DNA of 64,000 nucleotides from the human T2T-CHM13v2.0 reference genome, Homo sapiens (GCF_009914755.1 NC_060932.1), one strand, 5' to 3'. Numbered from the stretch's first letter, positions 24,825 to 40,479 are shown. Numbers and translations are program-made. Notes: a model not told the origin generated them from the letters alone.

Positions 24825-25818
24825 AAATTTAGAGTCTTTTGTAGTTCCATATGAATTTTAAATTTTTTTCTTTCTGTGTCTGTGAAGAATGTCATGGGTA
24901 TTTTGATAGGGATTGCATTAAATTGGTAGATAACTTTGAGTAGCTTGGAAATTTTAACAATATTAATTTTTCCAGTACAATCCAATATATTTTTATTTAT
25001 TTGTGTCTTTCTCATTTTCTTTCATCAGTGTTTTATGGTATTCATTGTAGAGATCTTTTACGTCTTCGATTAAGTTTATTCCTAGTTGTTTTATTTTATT
25101 TTTTGGTAGCTATTGGAAATGGGATTGCTTTCTTGATTTCATTTTCAGATATTTTGCTATTGGTGTATAGAAACTCTACTGGTTATTGTTTGTTGACTTT
25201 GTATCCTGGAACTTTACCACATTTATTTATTAATTAAAACGGTTTTTTGGTGGTGGCCATGGTGACACAGCCACCAAAATATGTACATGTGGGTATATAT
25301 ATACACACACACACACACACATATACACGCACATATACACACATATATATGTATATATACACACATATATACACATATGTATATATACACACATATACAC
25401 ATATATGTATATATACACATATATACACATATATGTATATATACACACATATGTATATATACACATATATACACACATATATGTACATATACACACATAT
25501 GTATATATACACATATATACACACATATATGTATATATACACACATATATACACATATATGTATATATACACATATATACACATATATGTATATACACAC
25601 ATATATACACATATATGTATATATACACATATATATACACATATATGTATATATACACATATATACATATGTATACCTGGAATATATATACCAGACTATA
25701 TATAATCAGGTCATCTGCAAACAGGGACAGCTTGACTTCTTTCTTTCCAAATGGGGATATCCTATACTTTACTTCTTTTGCCTAATTTTTCAGCTAGAAC
25801 TTCCATTACTGTGTTGAA
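24825..25818 (-). mobile_element. L1M ORF2 RT-region fragment interrupted by a minisatellite
   Basis: ORF 24800..25015 KINIVK...[14 protein letters not shown]; LFADD region at ~25700-25730. Confidence 0.88.
25294..25692. repeat. (TA/CA/TG) compound microsatellite-minisatellite, unit about TATATACACACATATATG
   Basis: Read directly; explains the six overlapping low-complexity ORFs. Confidence 0.97.
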
Positions 25819-25867
25819 GAAAAATAAAACAGTATGTGTGTGTGTGTATGTGTGTATGTTTTCCTGC

Positions 25868-26392
25868 ATACATACACAATGGAATACCATTCAGCCATGA
25901 AACAGAATGAAATCCTGTCATTTGCGGCAACATAGATGAAACTAGAGAACATTATGTAAGTGAAGCAAGCCAGGCACAGAAAGACAAACATCATATAACC
26001 TCACTCTTGTGTGGAGTATAAAGAAGTTGATCACATAGAAGTAGACAGTAGAATAGTTGTTACCAGAGGCAGGGGAGGAGAGAGTGGAGAGGAAGGTGGG
26101 GAGAGGTTAGTAAACACGTGAAACGTTATGGTTAGCCAGGAAGAATATGTTCAGGTGTTCTATTACCCAGTAGGGTCAATGTAACTAAAGTAACATATAT
26201 TTCAAGATAGCTGAAAAAGAGGATTTTGAATGCTATTGCCACAAAGAAATGATAAATGTTTAAAGTGATCGATGTGTCAATTACCCCTATTTGAACATTT
26301 TACTGTGTATTCATGTATTGAAACATCACACTGTAACCTATAAATATGTACACTTATGATGCCAATTATAAGTAAAAGAAAAATTTTTAAAA
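25868..26392 (+). mobile_element. L1MA 3' end
   Basis: CAATGGAATACCATTCAGCCAT...CCACAAAGAAATGATAAATGTTT...GAAACATCACACTGTA; A-rich end. Confidence 0.88.
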
Positions 26393-26849
26393 ATCCAGGA
26401 AATTTGGAATTGTGAACTGTACCATATTAGCCAATAAATTATAAGATTTCAATGATTTGTAGACCTTATGCAGCTATTAAACTAGCAAATCCTATTTTTT
26501 GCATTAAAATGATCTTGGAAATAATTTATCACATGTATATTTTAAGAGCTTTGAGATCATATACATGCAGAAGAAATGAGCCCAGTGTGAAGGGGCTGAC
26601 TGGCCCTCCTATATTTTGAAGGTCTGGAAGTGGCACAACATGGATATTACTGAGTCTACCAAAGCCTTTACTTTCAGACATCATGGGAGTTGTGTTCTAG
26701 GTGCCACTAGAAAGGTTGACCTGAGTCCAGTTATTCTACATTAGTAATTCACCACAGAACCATCAGGGTTACTGCAAACTATAAGAGTTAGATTGAATTT
26801 TCTGAGATTTATGGAAAAGACAGGGTACAATAATTTAGTGACTATCACA

Positions 26850-28830
26850 AGGTACTTGGAATGGGTACATTAACTGCTAAGTAGCCTACTCGAGGAGCAA
26901 ATGAATGACATAACATCCCCACTTTACCTTTCATTTATTATGGCCAATCTGAAAATCCTAATGACAAGCGACATTTTAAACAGGAGAACTGAGGACATTT
27001 AGAATAGTGAATAAAGGTTTGGTGGCATACATGTCTGAAGAGCCAACACAAAGATCTTCCTGTGGACAGATAGTTACAAGTGATGCTTTCCCATACAAAC
27101 TGTAAGTTGGTTCTGGAGGGTGTAGTAGTAACAGGATTTTAATGTGAAGGCATCTACTGTAAGTTCAGTTTACTAAAAGCAGAGAGTCCTTGGCTTATCT
27201 ATGTGCTGCATAACTTAAAATTACACTTCTATGAATGAAGATAGGAGCTTTGCTTGAATTTATTCTATCCAAAGAGAACAATGTATTGGTGGTTGTGGGA
27301 ACCTTGGGAGCTCATCATGCTATCAACATAAAAGTTGCAGTAGAGAGAAAAAGGAGTTGTTGGGCATCTCCAGATATGAGTCTTGCCTTTAAAGAAAAAG
27401 ATATCAGAATATCTTAAAATAAGAAGATTTATTTCCATGTTCAAAGATTCTAAAGAGATTATCTAAGAATTGATAGAAGAGTTTCAAAGGCGTATCTTGA
27501 CTATACAATTACAAATTACCTTAAGGAAGATCAAAAAGTAGACATTTCCATGGAAATATTAGTAGGTTTTTAATAAATCCAACTTTTGAAAGGAAAACAC
27601 ATAAAATATCAAAGGAAAATGCATAACTAAGCAAGGATTAAAAAATATGAATAAACATGTAAGAATAATGCCAGACAAAGTGTAGGATGGGATGATTTTT
27701 TGAAAAAATGTTAAAAAATTTAAGAAGTATTTTTGCAAAGCTAGTTAGAGCAAAACTAACAAGGAAGATATGATAGGCTCATTCTGGAGTAGATAAGTAT
27801 GAGGTTGCAAAATGACAACGGGAAAGCAAGAGCTACTCATTCTTCATTTCTTCCATTCTATCCTAGCCAAAGAATACACTTTCAGTTCAAGGAAGAGATT
27901 CTTCATTAATCAGATAGGGGATCAGAGAGTGAGAAAACACATAGCATTTAAATAAATCAAGTCTCAGAAGAATTGTCAGGCCTTAAATGAACTTGAAGAT
28001 ATTATTTTAGACTAACTGTCGGTATTTTTTATTTTTTTTTATTGTTTTATTTATTATCAGTATTTTATTGTTCATAAATATGCTAGGCTGCCATCGATCT
28101 GCAGCCTTGATCCTAATTTCCAACATTTAGGAAAAGGTGAATTTAAGCAGCTATCAATTATTATGTGTATTAGTCTCCAGCAAAGGACTAATAAATAGAG
28201 GACATAAGAAATACTTGGAAAAGAATATAGTGATCACTAGAAAGCCTCATGAGTTCACTAAGAATAAATTATTCGACTTAAACTATTTGGTCTGTTTTGA
28301 AGGAATACTAATCCAGGAAGCATGTTTATATTTGTAGATGACATAATTTTTTAGGCATTGTAGATAAATTTAAAAACGTTAACAAATTTGAAAAGAAAAG
28401 TCTGTTGGCTTGCATGATGGAAAAGACAGACAAGATGATATACTTTGTTAGAAATCAACCTCCAAAGCATGGAATAGCAAAATACATGTGTAACAACATT
28501 AAGATAAAAACAGGCAGAGGTTTCAGTTGCTCACAGTTTTTATGAGACCCAGTTGTGTTTTCTGGCTTCTAAAGTATCTAACACAAATCTTAGGCTGCTC
28601 AATGGGACTATCTAGCTGCTATTAGCAGAAGCTCTCCACTGAGCAGTTCTCATCTGGAGTAATTTGGCTTACTCTGGGCTGTGAATTTTAAGATGAACCC
28701 TAATAAACAAGAATGTCCTCACCTGAGATGAGTGAAAACTATGTTGTATAAGAAACTGTTGAAACCATTGGAGATACTAGTTTGGAAGGAATCTCACGTG
28801 ATGACTATTTTTAAATATAAGAAAAATAAT
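26850..28830 (+). mobile_element. CR1/L3 LINE ORF2 relic (endonuclease to RT)
   Basis: ORF 27235.. GALLEFILSK.N.VLVVVGTLGAHH resembles CR1 G.LDLIL.N..V.G.LG.SDH; ORF 28137.. VITRKPHEFTKNK resembles CR1 I..SQHGFTKNK. Confidence 0.75.
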
Positions 28831-30006
28831 ATCATTTACACATTTCTCATCCAAAATATTGAACTAAGAAATACGAGCCAAAGCCTGCCTGTCCTACTCA
28901 ACAAAGGCAAGTAATGTCTTGCTCGTGCCTGACTTTCAGAAAATTCCTCTGTGTTTTCAGATTTTCACTTTAGGTTAGCAGAAATGATGGTCCCTTCTGC
29001 TTAAGTGGCTGTGTAACCCTTGAGCAGGTCATTACACAAACATACCCTGACTTGGAATATGCAATCCTAGTATTAATAGTTATCATTTAAAAATAACTCC
29101 ATATGGACAAAGGAAAAGCCTGAGTATTTCATGAGCCTCATTAGTTCTTGGGACTATTGCACATCATCATGCATCTTCTGCCATACTTAATTGTGCAACG
29201 AAATTTGTGGCACAGTTGCTTGGAGGGTCCAGGTGTTTTCATGTGGAAGTGCAGCAAGGGGATTCTTTAATATTTAATCCCTCTAGGGAGGATTAGAGCA
29301 AGCTGCCTTGTTTTAGAGGGACTGGGAGTCTGGCATGCTGAAATTAGAGGCGGGAATTGATTCAGGAAAGTTTAAGCCTGGGTTGAAGCAAAAACCTAAC
29401 TATACAGGTAAAGGTTAGAACTAGATATAGGTGTTAGAGATGACAGATTGTGATTTGTTCAACTATTAGTAATTTGTATACATTTAGTGAATAAAACTGG
29501 CTTTAAATAGAAGGTTTAGGTAAAGTTGAAGAAAATATAAAACTTTAGGAAAAGTGTAATTGGAGAAGCAGAGGTTGAAATTTGCTGTGGGTACAGACAG
29601 TAAAGCATATGCACGTGGTACAGGCCTGGGTCCCAGCACACACAGAACACTAGTCGGGGTCCATCTGGAAAGAATAAGCAGGCCAGGCTCAGTAGCTAGG
29701 CTATTAAAGTCCGTGAAATCCTTGTTAGGATGAGTTGAAGGGAAAGTAGCCTCTCAGGCTTGTGCCAACCAGAAGACAAAGTTTGAATTCTTCCCAGTCT
29801 CAAAGAGTGAAGGTAGATATATCAGACCTTCTCCAGGTGAAGCCTTGTTTCATCTCTTCCTCCTGCTCCTCCCAGGACCTGAAGAGACACATCTACAACT
29901 TTCTTACTCCTTTCAGGTTTGGATTTGTGTTCTAGCAAGGGGTCCACTTGTCTTGACAAATTACTGTTTACGTTTAATTTCATGTGATCCAAGATATGTT
30001 GCCTTA

Positions 30007-30660
30007 TGAAACTCTTGTGCATAGCTGATGGGAATGTAAAATGGTGCAGCCACTGTGAAAAGCTGTATGGCAGTTCTTCAAAACATTTGACAGAATTACA
30101 GTATGATCTGACAATTCCATTTACAGGTTATATATGCAAAAGAGTTGGGACTCAAACAGATATTTTCACAACCAAGTGCATAGCAGCATTATTCACAATA
30201 GCCAAAAGGTGGAAATCATCCAAAAGTCCATTGAAAGACAAATGGATCAACAAAATGTGGTACACACCTAACAATGGAATATTATCCACCCTTAAAAAGG
30301 AATGTAATTTCAATACATGCAACAACATGCATGAACCTTGAAAACATTATACTAAATGAAATAAGCCAGACACAAAAAGTCAAACAGCATATGATTCGAG
30401 TTATATGAGGTACCTAGAGTAATCAAATTGGTAGAGACAAAAAGAGTGGTGGTTACTGGGGGCTGGGGACAGGGGTGAATGGGAAGTTATTGTTAATGGA
30501 TAGAGTTACAGCGTGGGACGATGATGAAAAGTTCTGGGGACCAACGGTGGTGATGGCTGCAGAACAATGTGAATGTACTTAATGGCACTGAAATGTACAC
30601 TAATAAATGGTTAAAGTGTTAAATTTTATGTTATGTATATTTTAATCATCAAAAAATTAA
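30007..30660 (+). mobile_element. L1MA/L1MB 3' end
   Basis: ORF 30006.. LCIADGNVKWCSH...ALFTIAKRWK...WINKMW; TSD ATATGTTGCCTTA / ATATATTGCCTTA. Confidence 0.92.
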
Positions 30661-30691
30661 AATATATTGCCTTAGAGAGTAATGAGCTTTT

Positions 30692-31054
<363 letters not shown>

Positions 31055-31148
31055 TAAAAACAGATATAAAATTAAAATGTAAATAGTATATATAATAAAT
31101 GTATAAATATATAATATATATTAACATATATACTATAAAAAGTTATGT

Positions 31149-31491
31149 AAATGTTAGAATAGATAATATAGTCATCCCTCTGTTCCCTGGGGATTGATTC
31201 CAGGATGTCTACAGATATCAAAATCCGAGGGTGCTAAGTTTCTTGTATAAAATGGGAGAGTATTTGTAAATAGCCTCCTCACATTCTCTCACATACTGTT
31301 TAATCATCTCTAGGTTATTTATAATACCTAACACAATATAAATGCTATGAAAAGTTGTTACATATATTTGTATTTGTATTATTTTTATTGTTGTATTATA
31401 ATTGTTTACTCTTACTTTTCCTCGGAATATTTTTGATCTTCATTTGGTTGAATTCACAGATGTGGAACCTGTAGATACGGAGGCCTGACTG
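31149..31491. mobile_element. MER2 (TcMar-Tigger) in AT-rich flanks
   Basis: AGTCATCCCTC.GT...GGGGATTG.TTCCAGGA; ends GGTTGAATTCACAGATGTGGAACC...GATACGGAGG.C.GACTG. Confidence 0.85.
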
Positions 31492-34378
31492 TTTATATTA
31501 TAATATATAAAATAAATATACATATAAATATATAAACATTTAAATACACAACATATATCATATATAATAAGAATACATATGTATATTTGTGGTTATTTGT
31601 CTTTAAAGCATCTTGTAGTTTGTGCAAATTGGACAAATTATAACTTCACTACACCTCAGGTATTTTGTTTATGAAATATAAATCAGTTCCTACATTGAAA
31701 AGATGTTATAACAACCAAATAGCATCATAATATGAAATTGACCAGTTTTTGTGGTTTATCAAATGTCCATTAAATGTTAATTTCTATTGGACTGAACATA
31801 ATGAAAATTACCTTTCAGTTTTCTGGAATTTATGATTGTAAGAGGAGGTAGCATCACCAAAAAGTAATGACAGATTGATTTTGAGATGCTATGCAGGCAT
31901 CCTGGGCAACTGTGGAAGAAGAAGCAGGTTTACAGAAGTTATGTTCCAGGATGGAGACAGAGGTGTTCCTCCTGGTCAGGGTCCCCATGTGTATGGATGA
32001 ACACTATGGATGAAGCTCGTGGGCTGGTCAAACACCAAGTATGAACTGGCAACACTAACCAGGCAGGGAAATGGGTTGAAACTAAAGGATCAGCTACAAA
32101 TTGGAGAGAGGACATATTAGGAAGAGATAGTTATGTTATTAGCCCAAATTAGACTTAGGAGAGCAGGAAGGGATGTTTAGGGAAATCAGGCAAGGAAGAG
32201 GACAGAGGTGCTGAGACACTTCTGTCGACCTGACTCCTTCCCATTGCTGAGCTTCAGCTCAGGCTTAGCCCTCCTCGCCTGTGACCTCTCATCCCTCAGC
32301 ACTCTGATCAAGATCTCCTTGCTGAAGCTCCTGAGAGAAGTGACAACTCTCTTCTGCATCTGACACACCTTTCTCTCTTAGCACATGGACCATTTTATTC
32401 ACTCATGCTGATTCCAATATTAGACTTGAAGTGCTTTGAAAGAAGAAGCAACATTTTCTTTGCCTCCTTGGGAGTTATGGAGCCAATGAATCAAATAAAA
32501 ACATGCACAGACAAGAAGGCTCTGCAATGCATGAGCCAGTCAGAGGCTCTGGAGGATTCTTTGAGGGAAAAGAAGCTGAGCATCGTCTTCTAAAATAGCC
32601 TTCTCCCCGCAACATTAAAGATAACTGGCATTTGATCTACATCTTGGAGAGTCAGATAGAAAAGGTTGCTTTTTATCTCTTGAAATTACTTTATCTCACA
32701 TTGTTTGAACCTTAACTGAACTGCTAACCACCATGAGGACACTGTACATCATGTTATAATTACAGGTGAGCATGCGTGTCTCCCGTCTTCTCGGCAAATT
32801 CTCCAGGTCCACAGAGAGACCATTCATCTTTGTGGAACACCCACTACTTTCTTACCTAGGCAGTGATTGGAAGAAATATTAGGTACCACATTAGTATTTT
32901 GGAGTGAATGAATTAATGATATAAATTCTCAGGACATTCAGGCAGACTGATGACTTCAGGGGTCTGTACTAATAGGAAGAACAAGAGTCCATCTGCCTTC
33001 TTGTTACTTGATCAGTAATAAAATCAAACCAACAGTCTGCACTCCCAGATGTTGTGTAGGCTGTGTCTTTAAGTTAAAAAACTACAAAGCCTCAGTGTGC
33101 CACCCAGTGCCTAGTAGGCCTGTGCCATCAGTGTAGAAGACTGTGCTATAGAGATCTGTGACAAGGGTTAGTCATGCAGTGGTACATATACCCAGGTGAA
33201 CCTTGGCCTGTTTTACAAAAAAATAAAAAAATAAGCCAACTCTAAGACAGGGTTAGTTTAAGTGTAGTTTAATAGTTCCTATGTACATTCTTAGTAAGAA
33301 ATGTTAGCCCAGGGATTTTAATGCAATTAGAACTTAAATTCTATTTCTGCAAAGAAATGAGTTTTTATTAACATTACTGATGTGAAATGATTTCAGAAAT
33401 CCCCAGGCTGCCAACACTGAAATTTGATCCATAGCCTTGATTCTCCTCACTTTGCATACTTGTATTTATTCATTCATTATTCATCTATTCATTCATTAAG
33501 CTATTAGTCACAAATATTTGTTAATGTATGAATGGTATATTATCTGTTTTTTAAGGAAATTAAAACTATGAGATATAGCACTAGATTATAGCCTCGCCTA
33601 TTTCACTGGGCATTTTAGGAAGGCAGTAATTGATAATGTGTCATTAATTTTTATGTGATAATGTCTATTGCAGTTCCTGGCACATAGTAGGAACTCCATA
33701 AATACTTACTAATAAATAAATAAATTTCCTACCCTTATAGAGAATTTTTTGTCAAATGTGAGTAACTAATTTTTCTTATCCCATATGGAGAATAACTTTT
33801 TTGTGACTAATATTATTGGGATTGAAACAGACACAAAGACAAAATTTATAATATAAAATAGATAAATTGATTTAAGATTTCACAGGCATGATGTTAATGA
33901 ACATTTCAGATGCTGGGAGAAATTTCAAAACTAAAGCTACATTTTAATGGCTCCTTAAAAGAAGCGAGTGTGCATAAGGGATTTGTGAGGAGAAGGGTTG
34001 ATTATAGCTCAATCTGAGATGTTTAAGAGTGGATCTTTAACTGAATAGAAGAGATTGTGTTTTGAAAATGGAAAGCATACAGGTTATTTTTGTTTTAGGA
34101 AGGAGACACCATGAATATCTCAAAGCTTTAGAGAAGTGAAATTCTTTTAGAAAAACAACGTTGTGATTAAACAATAAAAACAAAATATAAGCACCATTCT
34201 TGCCATGGTTTTTGTTATTTCTAATACAAATTATATGTAATCATCAAGCTGGAAAGGGCACTAAAGATCTTTTAGCCTACCTTCTTTTTTTAGGTGAGTA
34301 AACTGGAGAATATAGAGATTTTTCAAGAACTGGGAAGGGTCTGAGATTTTAGGCTATTTGCAAACTAACTAGTTAGCT

Positions 34379-35147
<769 letters not shown>

Positions 35148-36169
35148 GGGATGAGTCACTTGTAGAAGACCACACAGTTGTCTTCAAGCTGAGGGTTCTT
35201 TTCACATCATTATGCTGTTTCCCCATAAATACCTGAAGCCACATCAGCATTTTCATGATGCGTAGATTCCTATTTTCTGGAAATTTGTTTTTTCCATTGG
35301 AGAGGCAAACTTTGAAATCTTCATAATAAGATTCATGAAGTCAAGACAGTTTATGCTGTTTCTAAATATCCAGGTTGTTTTACTGCCTCCCTTGCTTCTG
35401 GGATCAGCATTGGCATCCCAGTTTTACCTTGGATAGAATGTGGCCTGGCATTGCTTAGGCTGATGGAGGCAGTGGAGGTAGTTAAGAAGGAGATGGAACC
35501 AAATGTCCAGTAAGTCTGAATACAAGGTAACTCAGCATCACAGATGATTTTCCTGTTTTCTCAATTTTTCTAATATTTGTCACCAGTCTAAATGTACAAA
35601 GTCTTAGGGATGTAGATGAAATTCTGTGGCTTACTTACAACACTTAATTTATGACTTTAATTACCCATACATACTTCAATCACATATGCAATTATATGGT
35701 ATGTTAGTGAAATTGCTCTTTCTCCCGTCTCCTGAAAAAGTGTTACTCAAATTCTACACATGCATTTGCGACATTTAGAGCCATTTTGGGGCCATCTGAC
35801 GTGGTTTTCCAGGACCATCATTTCTACATTCATATTAAGTTTATTTTTAATACAGCAGCTGTTGTTTCTGTGCATAAATTTTATCTTAAATATAAATATA
35901 TTAGAAAGCTTTGTTTTTACATCTGTGTTGTGAATATTTCATGATCTCTAAAAATTAACAATGTAGTTTGTGGCTTTTAAAGACAATATTTAAAAACCTT
36001 GTGAATAGTAACTTCCAACGGTGGCAGGTATAAGGGCATAACCCTAGCGAGTAATCCTAAATCCAGGTCACATTTCTTTGCCCCACTTTCTATCAACTCA
36101 TTTAACTGAGCTCCAGAGCATCTCAACTAGAATTAGCTTAGGGCATTTCAAGATAATGCAGCTTCTTCA

Positions 36170-36800
36170 AAAGAAAGGGTCCTGGACCATAAGTCACTTC
36201 CTAAGAACTTGAATATAGAAAAATTCCCTTTTTACTAAGAGATGATCCTCACCTGATTATGCATGTGATATTAGCTTACCTTAACTAAGTAATTTACAAT
36301 TCTAATCCCATTTTTTCTCATCAAAATAGGAAAAATGTATATACTGCTGGTGTCTGAGAGTAGTTATGAGTGTTAGATAAAATAATGAATATGAAAATCT
36401 ACAAACCATAACTTACATTTGTTTATGTATTTGTTTATGATGTTCCTCCCCTGTCATTCTCTATCTTGATTGTTGGCACCCATATCCACCCAGGCACCTA
36501 AATTTCAAACCTGGAAAGAGTCTTTGATTTACTCCCCCTATAAACCATTATCAAGTCCTGCCAAATTTTTACCTTAGTATATCCTCGTCTTTATGGTCCT
36601 CTTATCCTAACTATTGCCTTGTTCTGGCTTTAATTCATTGTGTCTTGGCAGGCTCTATGATCACCTGAGAGCCTCTTTTTCACACAGCCTTCAGAGTAAT
36701 CGACATAAAGGTGAATCAAATTGTGTCACTCTTAAAATTAAAATCTTCCAGTGGTTGACATTTGCCTAAACACACCCAAAGTGCATTCAGTAATTCCAAG
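36170..36800 (+). mobile_element. MIR (~36170-36410) followed by an L2 fragment (~36440-36800)
   Basis: TTTCTCATC..AATAGG MIR core; GGCACC..TATCCACCCAG...AAACCTGG.AG..TCTTTGA L2 motif. Confidence 0.55.
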
Positions 36801-36836
36801 TTCTATAAAGAAATCTCCTCTTAATAAGTAATTCCA

Positions 36837-37139
36837 GGCCAGGCACGGTGGCTCATGCCTGTAATCCCAGCATTTTGGGAGGCCGAGACAGGTGGATTGC
36901 TTGGAGCCCAGGAGTTCGAGACCAGCCTAGGCAACATGGCGAAACCATCTCTACAAAAATTAGCTGGGCATGATGGCTCTCACCTGTAGTCCCAGCTACT
37001 TAGGAGGCTGAGGTGGGAGAATTGCTTGAGACTGGCAGGTTGAGGCTGCAGTAAACTGAAATCATGCCACTATACTCCAGCCTGGGCAACAGAGTGAGAC
37101 CCTATCTCAAAAACAAAAAACAAACAAACAAACAAAAAA
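36837..37139 (+). mobile_element. AluJ
   Basis: GAGGCTGCAGT (J diagnostic), (CAAA)n tail. Confidence 0.95.
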
Positions 37140-37148
37140 GGCATTCCA

Positions 37149-37437
37149 GGACCAGGTGCAGTGGCTCACACCTATAATCCCAATGATTTGGGAAACTGAG
37201 GCCAGGAGTTTGAGAACAGCCTGGGCAACATATTGGGACCCTGTCCCCTGTCTCTACAAAAAGTAAAATAAAAAGATTAGCCAGATGTGGTGGTGTATAC
37301 ATGTAATCGTAGCTACTTGGCAGGCTGAGGCAGGAGGACTACTTGAGCCCAAGAGTTTGAGGCTACAGAGAGATGGTGCCAGCGCACTCCAGCCTGGGCA
37401 ACAGAGCAAGATTCTTCCTGTCTTCACAAGGAAGAAA
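37149..37437 (+). mobile_element. Second AluJ, head-to-tail with the first
   Basis: GAGTTTGAGGCTACAG; left-arm deletion; flanked by GCATTCCA on both sides. Confidence 0.92.
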
Positions 37438-38885
37438 AGCATTCCATAATAGAAATAATTAGAAATTCTGTGTAATCGAAATTTTTATTGCTGAAAAACT
37501 CTTATTTGCATAGTAAGGCCTTATAGGAGTCCTAGAATAAAGGCATCTCTTTGTTTCCCCAAAAATGTGATATTCCTAAATGAAATTTTTTTTGTTTGGC
37601 AAAACATCTGTTATTGCTCTGAGAAAGGCACACATCAAAACGCAAGCCCATAAAATAAAGCCCAAACTCCTAAACATGGTCCAGAGGCTTCCTTTCATGA
37701 CCTCGACCTGCCTGTTTCTCTCTCTGCCTTTGACCTCTCCTGAGCCCCCAACCCCAAGTGCTCATAACTGTTAGCAGAGTTTGCAAGAAAAAGAGAGATA
37801 TGTTGGATGTCCTCCAAAATTGAGGTGTAGTCTACACTCTTAAAATTGTAGTAAGTTGTAATATTTATTAGTTATAATTTATATTTAAAATTGTTTTTAG
37901 ATGATAACATATCACCTTATCTTTCTCTTTGACACATGTAGATGTCATCAGGCTATTTGTTCTTTGGAGGTAGCACATACATTTTAAAGGACTAAATTCA
38001 ACACCAAGATTGAAATTTTGGTTGATATTTTAAGAGTCAGTATATTGGCATACCATACAGATTCATATCATGGAGATAACAGATGGGAAAGCGGCATAAG
38101 GTATGCCTAATTTATCAAACCTAGGTAGTGTTCATATCTCAGGCATGCATATGGAGGAAAGGCCTGAATTATGTCACTGATAGTTTTACCAAGAAGTACT
38201 TACATTTATGAGATTGAGAGTTGAAGCTAATTAATGATCTTATACCTTTTTTTTTTTTTTTTTTTTAGTACTCAAAAGATCCAAAGTTAGTAGTTTGATA
38301 ATTAGGCTGTACTTCATTTTCAGACAGAAATTAGACATGATTAGGAATGCTGAAGCACTGGGCAGGTCAGTTGCTCATCATTATTAAAGCCATTTAATGC
38401 ATTTTAATGGTGGTTGATAAGGTACAAAATGCTACGTAAGCCAAATGAAAAAGTTTTATTCCATTATATGTTAAGCGTAGATATAAATGAGTTCCCATTT
38501 GCATTTTTTATGCATTAGTTCAAAAAATTAAACATTTCTTTCTTATATATGAGTAATAGAATGTGTAATTTGTAAGAGATGGGCACTGCTGAAGCCAGCA
38601 CCTCTTCACACTGTGCACCTCAGGATTCTCAGACACAAATTGTTATGTAATAGAAAATTAAGGAAAAGATCTTTTCAGCATTTGTGTGGCTGAAGAATCG
38701 TGCTTTAAGCTCTAAGACCAATTGCTTGTGTAAGTGGCTCACATTTATTAATAATATAAAATGATAATCTAGGTCTACTGTCTTATTTATGCTAGGCTTA
38801 CAGACTTTGTTAATTTATAGAGGTAAACAAACAACAAAAGAGATAGTGCATAGTATAGTTTCTGGTGAATATTCTATTTTGTTAG

Positions 38886-39193
<308 letters not shown>

Positions 39194-40479
39194 TATATAT
39201 ATTACTAGTTCCCATCTACTTTAGAGCAATTCTTATATTTTAAAATTATTTTTCATAAATAACTTAGTGTTGGGATTTGAGGATACCAATAAATACCATC
39301 CTTTTTATGTACCTGGTTTAGAAACCATTGAGACACAGTTACAGACAGATGGAGATCAAAATATTCCTTTTGTTAACTGATAAGGAGCTATTGGGGCTTG
39401 TAGCTTATATGTGATGTCAGGTCAAGTGGATCTACTAACACGTTCTGATACACAGGCTAACCTGAGGATCAGTACTTGGGAGGGAGGTTTGAACCTGCAG
39501 AGCAGAGAGACTTCCTCAGGATCGCTGCCTCGCTTTGGTCCAAGGGAAGAGGACAGATAGAGACCATGTCTCCCATGCTCCACTCACATGAGAGGACCAA
39601 TGGCTGTCATCCACCAACAGATAGCTCATTCCACTACTATGAAGAGTACTAAGAATTAGACCAGAGCCAGAACAGGTCTTTTGTTGGAAGCCAGAGTAAT
39701 AGCAGCAAGCACCTTTTATGCTTCCTAAACCTCCTGATGTGGACAACACATGTAGTTTATGGTAGGGCTACACAGACAGCACACTAATTGATGATGCCAC
39801 TGCCTTGTATTGTCTTAAGGGAGGCAATGGGAAACATAGTATGTCTTTATTCTATTTCTTGTGTAAAAAGTAGATGGAAATGGATGGGAACATCCTTGGT
39901 TGAGGGGACAGAGGTTGATTTCAAGGCTCTTATTACATAAACGGTAAAAGAGGAGAGGTCCTGGTGTTAAGCTCATCAGCGTCCAGCAACCTCAGCCACA
40001 ATGTGTGTCTCTGACCTACTCAGGGCTGTCCACATCAGAAAACTGGAGCATAAGACAGTCTCTCTCCAAATGCTCTTGTCTTGGAGGTGTTCCCAGGCTT
40101 CACCCCATGCAGCCACCCAAAGGGAGAGACTGCCAGGAAGGCGGGGAGGAGGCATCTGTCCTGATTATTGAGTCACCAGGTAGCTATTAGTGGTCATCCC
40201 TGGTTCTTCCTGTGACTGTGTGCACATTACATGGAATCTCCAAGTGGATGGGCTGGTTACTGATTGAGACTCCTAAGAAGATTGTGTCTAAATCCCTGAT
40301 TATGTCATATCAAAGCAAATGGTATCAGGATATAACCAGGAAGGTTTGTTAAAGGTGAAATCACTGTTTCATAACAGCTTTTGAAGGCATAAGAAAGCCA
40401 AAATAGTTGATAAATCTCATGGTGATTCTGGACAAGCAAGGATCTTCACTGTCCTCTTAATGAAGTGTAATGCAAGTAG

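Noticed and set aside
25223-25817. Six overlapping ORFs of 126-178 aa
   Set aside because: Translations of a stop-poor TA/CA repeat (YIHT/CVY runs), not genes.
28870-29830. Possible ancient LTR/Gypsy-like relic within the CR1 span
   Set aside because: Could not match termini or a consensus from memory; needs a Dfam search.
38270-38580. Homeodomain/GATA-motif-rich stretch as a conserved enhancer
   Set aside because: Such motifs are expected by chance in AT-rich DNA; no conservation data available.
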